A stretch of DNA of 64,000 nucleotides from Camelus ferus (Eukaryota): NCBI RefSeq assembly GCF_009834535.1, contig NC_045713.1, positions 6,634,001-6,698,000 on the forward strand, read 5' to 3'. Made by a program: the position numbers and the translations under genes. This document shows positions 36,186 to 61,148 of the stretch, piece by piece. Under the pieces are notes generated by a model. It worked only from the letters and a program-made list of their open reading frames with translations. It was not told the origin of the DNA and searched no databases. Within the stretch, counting starts at the first letter, position 1; every line of letters begins with the position of its first letter.

Positions 36186-36990
36186 CCCATCCATGTCAGT
36201 TCAAGTTCTCACTGTCATTTGGAGAACTGCATTTGGTTTCTCTGCCTTCAGTTTCAATCCCTCTCAATCTTCTCTCCAGAGTTGTACCAGCAGGAACTTT
36301 CTGTACAAATCTGATGATGCCGCTTCTTTGCCTAAAACCCTTCGGTGACGCTCCAGGTATGCAGGACAAGTCTGCATTCCTGGAAGGTCCTGTACAATGA
36401 AGAGTGGCCCTTGCCCACCTCTCCAGGTCATTCCGTGTCACTGGTCTGCACGCCACACCCTGGCGGCGTGAAGGCTGGCTGGCAGCTCGAGGACCATCTC
36501 ACCACATCCATGCTTTGATAGTTATTTGTCTTTCTGCCTTTAAACCAACCTTTCCCATCAGTCTCCTCTAGGATTCATTCAGACAGCACCATCTTCTCCA
36601 GAAAACTCACCTTGAACCTAGAGGTGGGATTCATATGCTTCCTCTGTGATCCCATGGGACCCTCTGTCTGCCACGTTTATGCTCAACGCATAGCCTCCTG
36701 TGTTCTGTTGATGTTTTATGGCTATTTCTACTCCTGGGCTGTCAAGTCCTAGAAGGCAGAGGATGACTTTGTATCCCCAACCCTGTTCCATAGTAAATAT
36801 TCAATAAATAATTGCTGAGTAAATTAAAGAATGACTGGTCAATAAAGGAATGACTTGTCAACAAATATTTACTGAGCATTTACTCTGAGACAGTCTTGCG
36901 CAGGACTTACAGCAATGAGCACAACATATGTTATACCTGCTTTCATGAAGCTTAGAGTCACGTACAGTCACTAATAAATTAATAAAGACG
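35690..36990. mobile_element. LINE-2 fragments
   Basis: CATCACCATCATATGCCAGTGACTCCCAAA, CTCTGAGCTGCAGATTC, and the 3'-end motifs TAAATATTCAATAAATA and CAACAAATATTTACTGAGCA. Confidence 0.6.
36139..36186. repeat. Compound microsatellite (CA)n(CGCA)n(CA)n
   Basis: Directly visible. Confidence 0.95.
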
Positions 36991-37049
36991 TGTCCATTAC
37001 AACTTTGTACATGATGAGTTCCAGAAGGTTTGTGGATTCAGATTTGTGG

Positions 37050-37645
37050 ATCCTGAAGTTTATACAACTTGAGGGAAGCTTCCTTAAGGAAACAAAAACA
37101 AAGCCATCAATATAAAATTAGGGATAAAAGTTAATGTTTACCCAGATTGAGAAATTACAACCAGTTGCAAGGTTAAGGTGACAAACACCACAAATATTAC
37201 AAAATCTAGAAAAACAACAGACTATTTGTAGTTAATAACTGCCAACACATCGCTATGATACTTTCATGTCCTACCTGTTTCTTAGATGTGAACTTTTTGA
37301 CCACCTCTTTACATAGTAATGATTTTATAATGTTATTTTCTATTCTCTCTCAAGCCATCTTTTCTCCAGTATGGTTGCTTGAATTTTGTTTCTTTCATTA
37401 TTGTGAGTTTATAAAAATTTCATTGAGCTTGACAACTTATTATGGTCATGTCAAAATCTCTATCAAATTCCTTTCAAGTAAGAGCTGTGAGATTTAGGGC
37501 CACTTCAAACGTTCTCCTGCTGTGACTCACCTTGAAAGCTGTTTAAATTGATGGCATTCATTAACCAGGGTGGTGAGAGGAGCCTGGAAAGTAAGGGGTG
37601 CCTAGGCTTAAACTTCCCCAGCTCCTGGGTAAACTTAACTCTAGA
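37050..37645. mobile_element. Old hAT-type DNA transposon remnant (ends resemble MER53)
   Basis: AT-rich block starting GATTTGTGGATCCTGAAGTTTATACAAC and ending GGCTTAAACTTCCCCAGCTCCTGGGTAAA; family assignment from recall only. Confidence 0.4.
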
Positions 37646-40600
37646 CCTGGCAGGGTCAGGTGGGGGCCGTAAGAAGGGGGCTAGGAAATGGGAAAAGGAG
37701 TGACGATGTCTACAATTGAAGGTGAAAAGGGATGATTTGTTTGTTGTTTGTTATATATAGAAAAGGTCCTAACTCCAAGCCCACTCCAGACAATTGTATT
37801 TGAATAGCAAAAAGAAACCCTACCAGCTGTTGGGGTAGGGATGCATGCTCCACGCAGGTACCCCCATGGCAATGATAGCGGCATATTGCCTGTGGACAGG
37901 GAACATGGGTGACAGCCTAATATTTGGGGTGGGAGGACAGTGCAAGTACTCTAAGTGCCCTAATAATGAAGAAAGGAGTGCTCAAGATTGGTTTGGGTCT
38001 GTGGAGCGAGCAGGGAACCAGGTAGTGACATGGATGCTCACCTGTGTAACGTAACTCAGTGAATACTGAATTAGTTTGCCTGCGAAGTGGTCCTGGGTGA
38101 TCAGAGGGCGGAGGAAACGACCTCACACCCATAGGAGAGGCTGAGGGTGATTTTTGAGCACTGGAGTGAAAAATCTCAAGGTATCATCTCCATGGAGGGG
38201 GGAAATCATGGGATTTCCACCAGATTATGAGATCTTTGAGGTCAGGAGCCCTGTTTTACAAATCTTGCAAACTAGTACAGCGATCATCTGGCACATAGTA
38301 GATGCTCAAGAAAGGTTTCATTTTATTCATTCCTTCACTGATATACACTGGGCATTAGGAACTGGATTACATGCTGGGGGATGGGGGCTGAGGTCCCGTG
38401 ATGGGGGATTGACTAGATTTTTTCTTACCTATGGTACTCTGCTCCCTCTAGCTGAGGGAGTCCTGGTGTCAGGGGTCAGTGGCACAGCACTGGACTCTTC
38501 GGTGAGCTGTTGCATCTCTTCAGCTCTCTGTCTCAGCAGCCCCTCACTCCACCCTTTGTCATTTCTTTGTGCTTCTGCATTTCTCTTCCATTCAGGCCAT
38601 GCACACACCCCTCCCCCATAATGATGAACTGCATCCCCCACCAAAAGAGACAACTTAAGCAATCAAGGGTCTGGGGTGAGGGGGTGAAGGCAGGGCCCAG
38701 GAGGGGGCAAAGACATAACTTTTGAGGCTGGAGAATGAGGGCAGAGAGAGAGCAGGGAAAGGTGTGCTGGGAAGAGATGGATAACCTGGAGGAGAAGCTG
38801 AATAAGAAGGGAGTCTGGGCTTGGATCCGGGAGGGAGGAGGGAATTCCCAGCCCTGGCCTGGTCTGCCTGGCTCCAGCCAAGCCGGCTGTTTCCTGCCCT
38901 CCGTGACCCCCCACCCCGGAGCAGGACCCAGGCAGGGCTACGAGGAAGGGCAGGGGTGTGGGGAGCACCACTTGTGGCAGCAAGATAAGTGGGCTGGGAC
39001 AAGAGGTCACTGCAGGTCTGGCTGTCCTCACTGGGGATCAGGGGCTTGGCAGCACCCCAAGCTTCCAGGACTCCGCTTTCCCTCTCTCTTGTCTCCTGTA
39101 GACTGTCCCCCTCTTCAGTACTTTGTGAGTCTAAGCTCTTTCCTTCCAGCTCTTCCACTGGCCAACTCTGGGAGCACCCTCTCCATCCCCCTCACGACCC
39201 ACAATATAGGTGCCCTGACGCAGAACCGGGTTGGTGGGAGGAGCACTGCTTTCCTGGACCCTCCCCTGTAACTGATGAGATGCGAGGGGGAGATGGCGAC
39301 AAACGGAAGGGCCCTCCCAGTCATGCCGAGGGCCCCCAGGAGCCAGACAGGAAACAGCCTCAGGAAAGACAGACAGCGGTGGCCCCGGCGCGAGCCCCAG
39401 GGGTCAGGGCAACGGGTGTCGCGGCGCCCTCCTAAACGCGACAGTGAGAGTGAGAACCATGATTTGGGAATCCATCCGGACCCCTCATTCTCTCGGACCC
39501 AGCTACTTTTTATTTACTCTTGCTTCCGTGGGTTTTTGGACTCCAGGTGACCCTCTTCCTCTGCACATTTTTCAGCGCTAGGTTGCGCACACAGTGGGTT
39601 CCCAATACATAATGTTTGTTGAATGATTGTGTGAACGTTCGCTCCAGGGTTATCTAAGCTGAGATCGCTGCATCCAGGCCCGCTGGGACACCCCCATCCT
39701 TAAAAACTTTCCCCAAATACGGTCCCCTGCGCCAACGAGGTGGAAGCATGGAGGAGTAGAATCCGAAGTTCGCAGTATGATCCGATAGGGCTTCGAGTGT
39801 GTGGCGCACATTTACGCGCACGTCCGTGCGGCCCTCCATGCTGCTGGGTGTGTTTCTCTGCTCTCTGGTGTCTCCCTGGCTCGGACCTGCCCAGGGGGTC
39901 CCTGGGCCCAGGCCCCGACACGCGCGGTCCGGGCCAGGGCGCACGGCCACGGTGCAGGTCTGGGCGGTCCCCGCGCTCCGCGCCCGCCGCCCCTCCCCCT
40001 TCTCCAAACTTTCTCCCAACTTCCCGACCTGCTCCGCTCGGTGGCCCTCTCCTCTTCCCTCATGAATTATTCAGCAGCGCGTGCTCCAATCGGCGCGCCC
40101 CGGCCCCCTTGCGGAGCCCGGGCTAGTGGGGCGCTCCCCCCGCCCCCCGCGTGCCCCTCCCTCCCCGGCCAGGCGCCGCCCGGCCCAGTCCCAGCCCAGC
40201 CCCAGCCCGCCCGGCCCCGCGCCGCAGTCTCCCTCCCTCCCGCTCCCGTCCCCGCTCCGGCTCCCACCCTCCCCGCCCGCGCGGAGCGCACTCGCCCGGC
40301 AGCGCGAGTAGCACCGCTCCAGGGAGGGGGGAAGACCGCGAGCGGCCGGCCCATCCCCAGCCAGCCGGGGCGGGACCCCGAGGCCCCGGAGGGACCCCGA
40401 CTCCAGCCACGTCTTGTTCTGCGTTCACCCGGCGAGGCTGCTGCCAGGACGCCCTCCGCCTGCCCGTCTGCGCGCGTGGCGGGGACTCGGGGCCACACCT
40501 GGGCTCCGCCACCGGGTGCCAGGGGCGCCTTCATGGGCCCGCGCTGAGGGCCCCAAAAGAGTCCCGCGCGGGGAGTCGGCATACACCCGCTCAGGGGGGC

Positions 40601-40665
40601 TTCAGACCTGGGGGGGCTAGAGCCCCCCAAACTCGGATCGAATCCAACCAGAGTGAGGCGGCGCC

Positions 40666-55027
<14,362 letters not shown>

Positions 55028-55970
55028 TCTGCACCTCCTCTCCTGGCCCCACAGCTCTGGAGCAGCAGGAATTCCCACGCTGGGAACACAGCTCCCCTTC
55101 TTCCTGGGGCAGAGTCTGGTGGGGACCCAAGAGGCCCCCATTCCTGTGCCCCACTGGATTGCACTTTGAACCCATGGGGGTGAGGAGCTGGCAATTTGGA
55201 GAGACAGGATTTGGGGATTCTGCCATATGGGAGTGTGGAGATCACATGCCCCCAGGTGGGGAACCCCAAACCGAGGGTGCGGGAGAGCCCTTCCCTCAGG
55301 ATTGGGTGTGACCAGAGGAGAAGTGATGCTCTGTATCTGCCAGCAGCCCAGGGGTGGTTGGGCCCCACTCCCGCAGCCTCCCTCCATCCCCAGTTAGGAG
55401 CCCCGGGTGCCCCTCCTCACCTTGAAGGGCTGAGGCCCTGCAGACCAAAGAGAAGAGGGCGACTAGCCTGCGAGCTCGGGAGTGCAGCTCCGCAGCGCAG
55501 GCGGGAAGGGGTGTCCAGGCCCAGTGACAACATTGGGCTTGGATGTCCCAACCTTGCTGCTGTCTCCACTGAACTCAGTTTTCCCTTGTAAATGCCCCTC
55601 CCCCATCTGCTGCCTTCATATTGAAGGTTTTTGAGTTTTATTTTTTGTTTTTGGTCTTATTTTTCCTCCCCCCCCCCACTTTTTTTTTTCGTTTTCATAC
55701 CGTCCTTGTCATACCTTTCTGTGTTAGAGGGGACCTGTTTCATTATCGCCTCCTTTGCCCAAGTTGAAACAGGGACCCATCGTTGTGTCTGTTTCCAGAA
55801 TAGCACCTTGGTCAGGCCACAGCCCCAGACATTTCCCTGCCTCCTCCCAAACCCCCACCCTGGCTGTGTCCATGAGGGGTTGTGGGGGGCAAGCGGTGGT
55901 GGAAACCAGAGACAAGACACCGGTGCTTGGAGGGGTTCTTAAGTTATATTTAAAACAATTGTTTTGTATA

Positions 55971-55976
55971 AATAAA
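55971..55976 (+). terminator. EPHB4 poly(A) signal
   Basis: AATAAA in an AT-rich patch about 940 nt after the stop. Confidence 0.85.
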
Positions 55977-56525
55977 AGAAAATGGGAATTGTCCTGGCTC
56001 AGGGGTGATTGGGAGTGGGGTGGTGGAGGATGGACTAGCCTTCTGAGGACGGTGGGGTCTAGTGTGGAGGAGTTTTTGAGCCAGACTGACTGAAAGGGGT
56101 CCGAGGTCTGTTGACGGGGCTGTGGGAAGGCTGGGTGCTTGGTTCCCAGCTCCAGGGTGTGTTTGAGGTGGTGGGGTGGGGGCAGTGGGAGATGAGTCAT
56201 TGGCAGCTGCTTCTAACGGCTCCAGATGGCTCTGCCAAGAGCCTGGGGCACCTCCGGGGTGGGGCTGCCCTCTCCCTCCCCTGCCCTGGTTCCCTAGCCC
56301 TGGCAGGGGGGCTCCGTAAGGCAAGGAGGTCTTGAGCTCAGAGCCCTGCCCTATAGCCCCCTGAGGGGTGAGGGGGGCACTGGCTGGGGCGGAGGTCCAG
56401 TTCAATGAAGAGGGCAGATGTGGGCCAGATGTTGGGGTTGGTTTAGAGGCAATGGGGGGGGAGTGTCTGCACTGGCTGTGGGGGAGGGGCAGAGGCTGGA
56501 GGGGAAGATGTGGACCCCCTACGTG

Positions 56526-56528
<3 letters not shown>

Positions 56529-56592
<64 letters not shown>
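56529..56592. repeat. (AC)32 microsatellite
   Basis: Perfect dinucleotide run. Confidence 0.98.
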
Positions 56593-56595
<3 letters not shown>

Positions 56596-58250
56596 TGCAC
56601 GCTGGGCTGGGTGGGAGGACAATTCCCCCTTTCAAGATGCTGCCCAGGCAGGTTCTCCCAGCCTCTTGGGAAGGGAGGGGAAACCACCTGAATGTCTTCC
56701 CCTAACTTCTCCTTTCCAAACAGGAAGATGAGGATGGGGTCAGTTCCCCTGTTGTCTTTCTCACCGTCTTTGGTTTCCTTCTTTGCTCCCAGTCTGTCCG
56801 CCCTCCGGTACACCTGCAGGGGCAGGCCTGGACCAGGTCAGCTTTGTCAAGCTGGCGCAGCCTTGCCATTTCTACATCTCAGTTGCCCCCTGTTGTCGTG
56901 TTGGGGTCACTACAGGACCTCAAGTCACAACCTCTGCCCCTCCCAGCCCAGGGAGCCTCCAGCAGTGATCCTGTCCCGATTTCCGGCCTCTACAACCATC
57001 TTCTGGAGTCTCTAATACTCTGGAATCCTCTGTCCCCTCCTTCAAATACATACGACCCATGTTTTGTACCCCCAAAAGGGGATGAGAAGGACTTGGTCCT
57101 GCCGAGGACAGAGGGAGTATGGGTTCCCCTCTGGAAGGAGGAGGTCTATCCGGAGAATGCTGGTCTAGGCCACCCCCTTCCCCTGCCAACCAGACATCCA
57201 AGCTAGATAAGGTGACCTTAGCCGGGTGAGGGGAGGAACAGAAATGGAGGGCGCAGGGCACAAAAGAATAGAGGCAAAGGGTCAAAGGCCAGGTGAAGGG
57301 AGCTGGGGGGGTGGGCAGGCATGCAGCTGGGAGCCCCGGGATGCCCAGTTCCAGATTGTGAGCTGCTCCCCCCGCCAAGGGGCACCCCTCCCTTCTTGGG
57401 GCCTTTTCCCCAACCACCTGGGGTCTCCTTTCCTTATGTGAAGGTGGCTGCCGGGGTTTTCTTGGAGGCTAGCACGGAGTAAGGATTCCTTTCTAGAACA
57501 CAGGGTCTGGCCTACTTTGGCGTCCCCTGTCCCGTGGGGTCCCACATCCTGACCCCCCAGTTGGCAGCCTTCCTTTTCTTCTTAAGAGCTCAAGCAGGAT
57601 GGCCCAGCCCCTCCCCCCAAGCAAGGACCTGCCTGGTGGGAGGCACGAGGCACAGGGCTCAGGGTGGGAATGTTTGCACTTCAGCCTTTGGCTGAGGTGA
57701 GCTGGTCACTCCTAATAGGATGGGGCTCAAAACTCCTCACAAGCCAGCCCTCAGACCCCCCTCCTCCGTTACCATAGTAACTCCAATGCCCTTTTGGGAA
57801 ATGGACACGTGCAAAAGGTGGGGCCCTCCCCAGAGGGTCACAGGCCCGTTCACCTTTTGGACAAAGCCACATTCTCCATCCTTAGCCTCTGCCCAGAGAT
57901 TAATCTCATTGTTAGAAATGTAAATCCTCTCCTCAGGGTCACCCTTCACTACCCCTGGTGGGGAACTCTGAGGCCAGGTCCTCTAAGAACTAGGATTCCT
58001 GGGGTCAAGTCCTTTCTCCTGTATCCCCGAAACCAGAGGGTGGATGGCCCACCCTCATGTGGCTTTGTCTAAGGGACAGACAGCCCCTTACCTCCTCAGA
58101 CCTCAGTTCCCCACCCCTTTGGACATTGTGGGGGGCACCCAGCCCTCAGCCCCCACACACCAGTCTCCCTATTTCTCCCCTCAAGACCCACCTCACAGAC
58201 CCCTCCTCTACCAGAATCATGTGGAAATTCACATCTCAAAAATTAATAAT

Positions 58251-58256
58251 TTTATT
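58251..58256 (-). terminator. ZAN poly(A) signal
   Basis: TTTATT on +, 21 nt beyond the predicted final stop. Confidence 0.7.
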
Positions 58257-58277
58257 TCTTTTTTTTTTGTGGACAAC

Positions 58278-61114
58278 TCAAAACTCAGCGATGGTGAAGG
58301 GATGCTCTGGAGCAAAGTCTGAGGAGAAAGCAAGAAGAACTTTCTCGAGGTCTCAGGGTCAAGGCTCACCTGGACCCGCCAGCTTGTCTCGGTTCTGGCT
58401 CTGCCTTTTATTCCTGAGGGCATGGGGAACAGACACAAGGGTGGAAGGTTGGCACCCACTCCCCATGCTTACTCTCCCCCACCAGCCCCCCAGCAACTCA
58501 CCTTCTCCTCCACCGCTTCCTGGAAACGCACTCCCTGGTCACTGCGGGCACTATGACCACCACGGGCACCAGCATTCCCAATAGGATGGCCACAAAGTTG
58601 GATGCTTCTGGGTGCAGGAAACAGAAACAGGGACATGGGATAGGAAGGGGCAGGGGAGAGACACTCCCTTTCAGTCCTCGGCTGCCACCCTGAAGGGACC
58701 CCACCCCCTAAATCCCTGGGTGGCTGGTTCTCCTTCTAGGAGGGTGCCGCTCCCAAGGGTCTCAAGGCCCTGGCGCTGCCCTCCTGTTGCTGGACACGCA
58801 ACTCCCATAAACCTCTCAGGGGGACATTCATCCAGCCAGTCCCCTAGAGACGAGGGTATTATGTCGGCCAGGGCTTCTGGAATCACTTCCAACGGTCACC
58901 TGGGAGCTTATGAAAAACATAGATCTCTGGGCTCCCTCCAGATCTACCGAATCCAAATCCTTGGGGTGGTCCCGGAATGAGCATGTTAAACAAGACACCC
59001 CCGGCCTACCCCGATCTTAGGCGTGAGATAAGGATAAAGTTGGAGAACCACTGGCCCAGAGGCTCATGGGAATTAGGCTCGTGAAAAAAACCAGTAGAAG
59101 GTACTGGAGAGGCTTAGAGGGACACAAGAGTGGGGAATAACAGCAGGGTGATGCATTGGGGTCACAGAAGTGGAGAGCTCAGGTTCAGAGGGAAGATTCC
59201 AGCGTATGTGGGTAGGACCCCGGTCCTGCTAATCTTTAGGGATCATATATGTTGATAAATAATGTTGTATTATTATATTTTACATAGTAATAGATGACAC
59301 TGAAAATATGTTATCTACTGCACATCTATAATAGCTATCTTTTAGGTTACTATTATATACATGGAATAATTCTGCAGCTGTCGTAGGTGGGGAAGGAGTG
59401 GTGAGGATACAGGGCCTCGGATGAAGTTCTTGCCTGGTTTTTTGCGGGGCAGCACGTCCCGAGGCTCTGAGCAGAGGTCTCCCCCGTAACCAAGTTCACA
59501 CTCACAGATGAAGTGGGTTCCCCACTCCTGGCACCGCCCGTCATTCTGGCAGGGGTTCTGTAGACACGGGCTATCTGCAAGGATGGAGGGCAGTGGGAGG
59601 GAGTTCTGGGAGGACACCCACAGTCAGAGGAGAAAGCAGGGGCTGACAGAGGCTGGTCGGGGTCCTCTGGTCAGGCTTCCTATTCTGGCTGTACACTCAC
59701 GAGCCCTGGGCTCTAGGGAAGTCGCTCGCCCTATCTGAGCTCCATTTTCTTTACTGATAAAATGGGGAGGCTACGCTAACCCCCAAGTGCTGAGTAAGGA
59801 CTAAAGGGGATCCTGGGAAGCTAATGCTGGGAAAGGGCCCAGCACAGTGCCCGGCAGAGAGCAGATGCTCAGGGAAGGCAGGTCCATTCTCTCTACACCT
59901 TCCGAAAAAGAGAGCGAGAAAGGGATGAAATGGCATGAACTTCCTGACGTTGATGGGGTGGAGTCCCAGGCATAGGACTGGGAGGGATAGTCCTCAGTCC
60001 AAGGACCCCTGCCCCCTGCCCAGGGTAAGAGGGCAGCTTGAAGCCAAGTGGTGGTCCAGGCTCACCTCGAAAGCAGCCACGAGTGAGGTTCCCCAGGGTG
60101 CAGATCTCCCCAGTGCTGCAGCTGAGGGGCTCACACAGAAGGACCCCCGAGCTGGCGCAGGTGCAGCGCTGAGAGCAGTCCTCGGTCACGAAGCTGTCAC
60201 CCTGCTGGAGAGGGAGAAGGGCCAGGAGGGGGAGGTCTGGTTTCCCTCCCGCGTCTGACTGTCCTTTCGCACCTCCACCCCCAGGGCCTCGCACGGCCGG
60301 CCCGGACCTGATAGTAGATGCCCTTGTCGGTGCAGCCACAGCGGGACAGGGGAAGGCTCCGGGCACCACTGTAGGCGTAGCCTGGGAGGCTGGCACAGCC
60401 CTCCACACAGGGGCCATCGCAGTCCCCAGGGACCACCAGGCTGGCACAGGAGGCTGGGCAGGGGCTCATGCAGCTCTGATAGACAGTATTGGCCGGACAC
60501 TGCAAGGCTGAGGGGACAGAGTCGCAGTCAGAAGGTGGTGGGCTGGGGCTGGCCCCGCAGGGATGGGGAAGGCGGCCACCCCACAGAGCCCAGAGCCTGG
60601 TATCCGCAGGGAAGCAGAAGAGTGGGCCAGTTTTTCATGGTTTTTTGTCTGTGACATTAATGCAGGTGGGGAGTAGCCACTATGGGGAGTGGGCGAAGGA
60701 GCGGGAGGGGGTTGCGGGAGTCAGGGCGAGGCTTCCAGGTGAGAGCAGAGAAGGGGCCAGGACACTGACGTGGGGAGAGCTGAGGGCTGGGGGAACCAAG
60801 ACAGGATGCGGAGGAGGGGGCAACGGTGGGGGCTCAGAGCTGAGCAGAGGGTGGAAATAGCCCAGAGGGTGAGCAGCCAGCTGTGGGGGAAGGTCAGGGC
60901 CTCACCACAGTGGGTGTGGTCCCGCCAGCCGGCCAGGGAGGCGCCCGCCTCCTGGCAGATGGTGGCGTAGCCACTGAGGACCTGGCAGCGCAGCTCCTCC
61001 TGCTCTTTGGGGTCCCAGGCGGCACACAGATCAGACACACAATGCCTGGGGGGACGGCAGGGACAGTGGGGGGCTGTCAGCAAGGAAATCCAGCCTTGGA
61101 AACTCCAGCCGGTT

Positions 61115-61148
<34 letters not shown>

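Noticed and set aside
38429-39435. Cluster of 70-180-aa ORFs upstream of EPHB4
   Set aside because: Overlapping frames on both strands, no domain, no convincing splice chain; consistent with GC-rich intergenic DNA.
55950-56813. 287-aa ORF with a (CV)n or (HT)n tract
   Set aside because: Translation of the (AC)32 microsatellite and flanking non-coding DNA.
58407-58412. AATAAA inside the penultimate ZAN exon as a poly(A) signal
   Set aside because: It encodes Asn-Lys; its use would give a non-stop mRNA, and a better-placed signal lies at 58251-58256.
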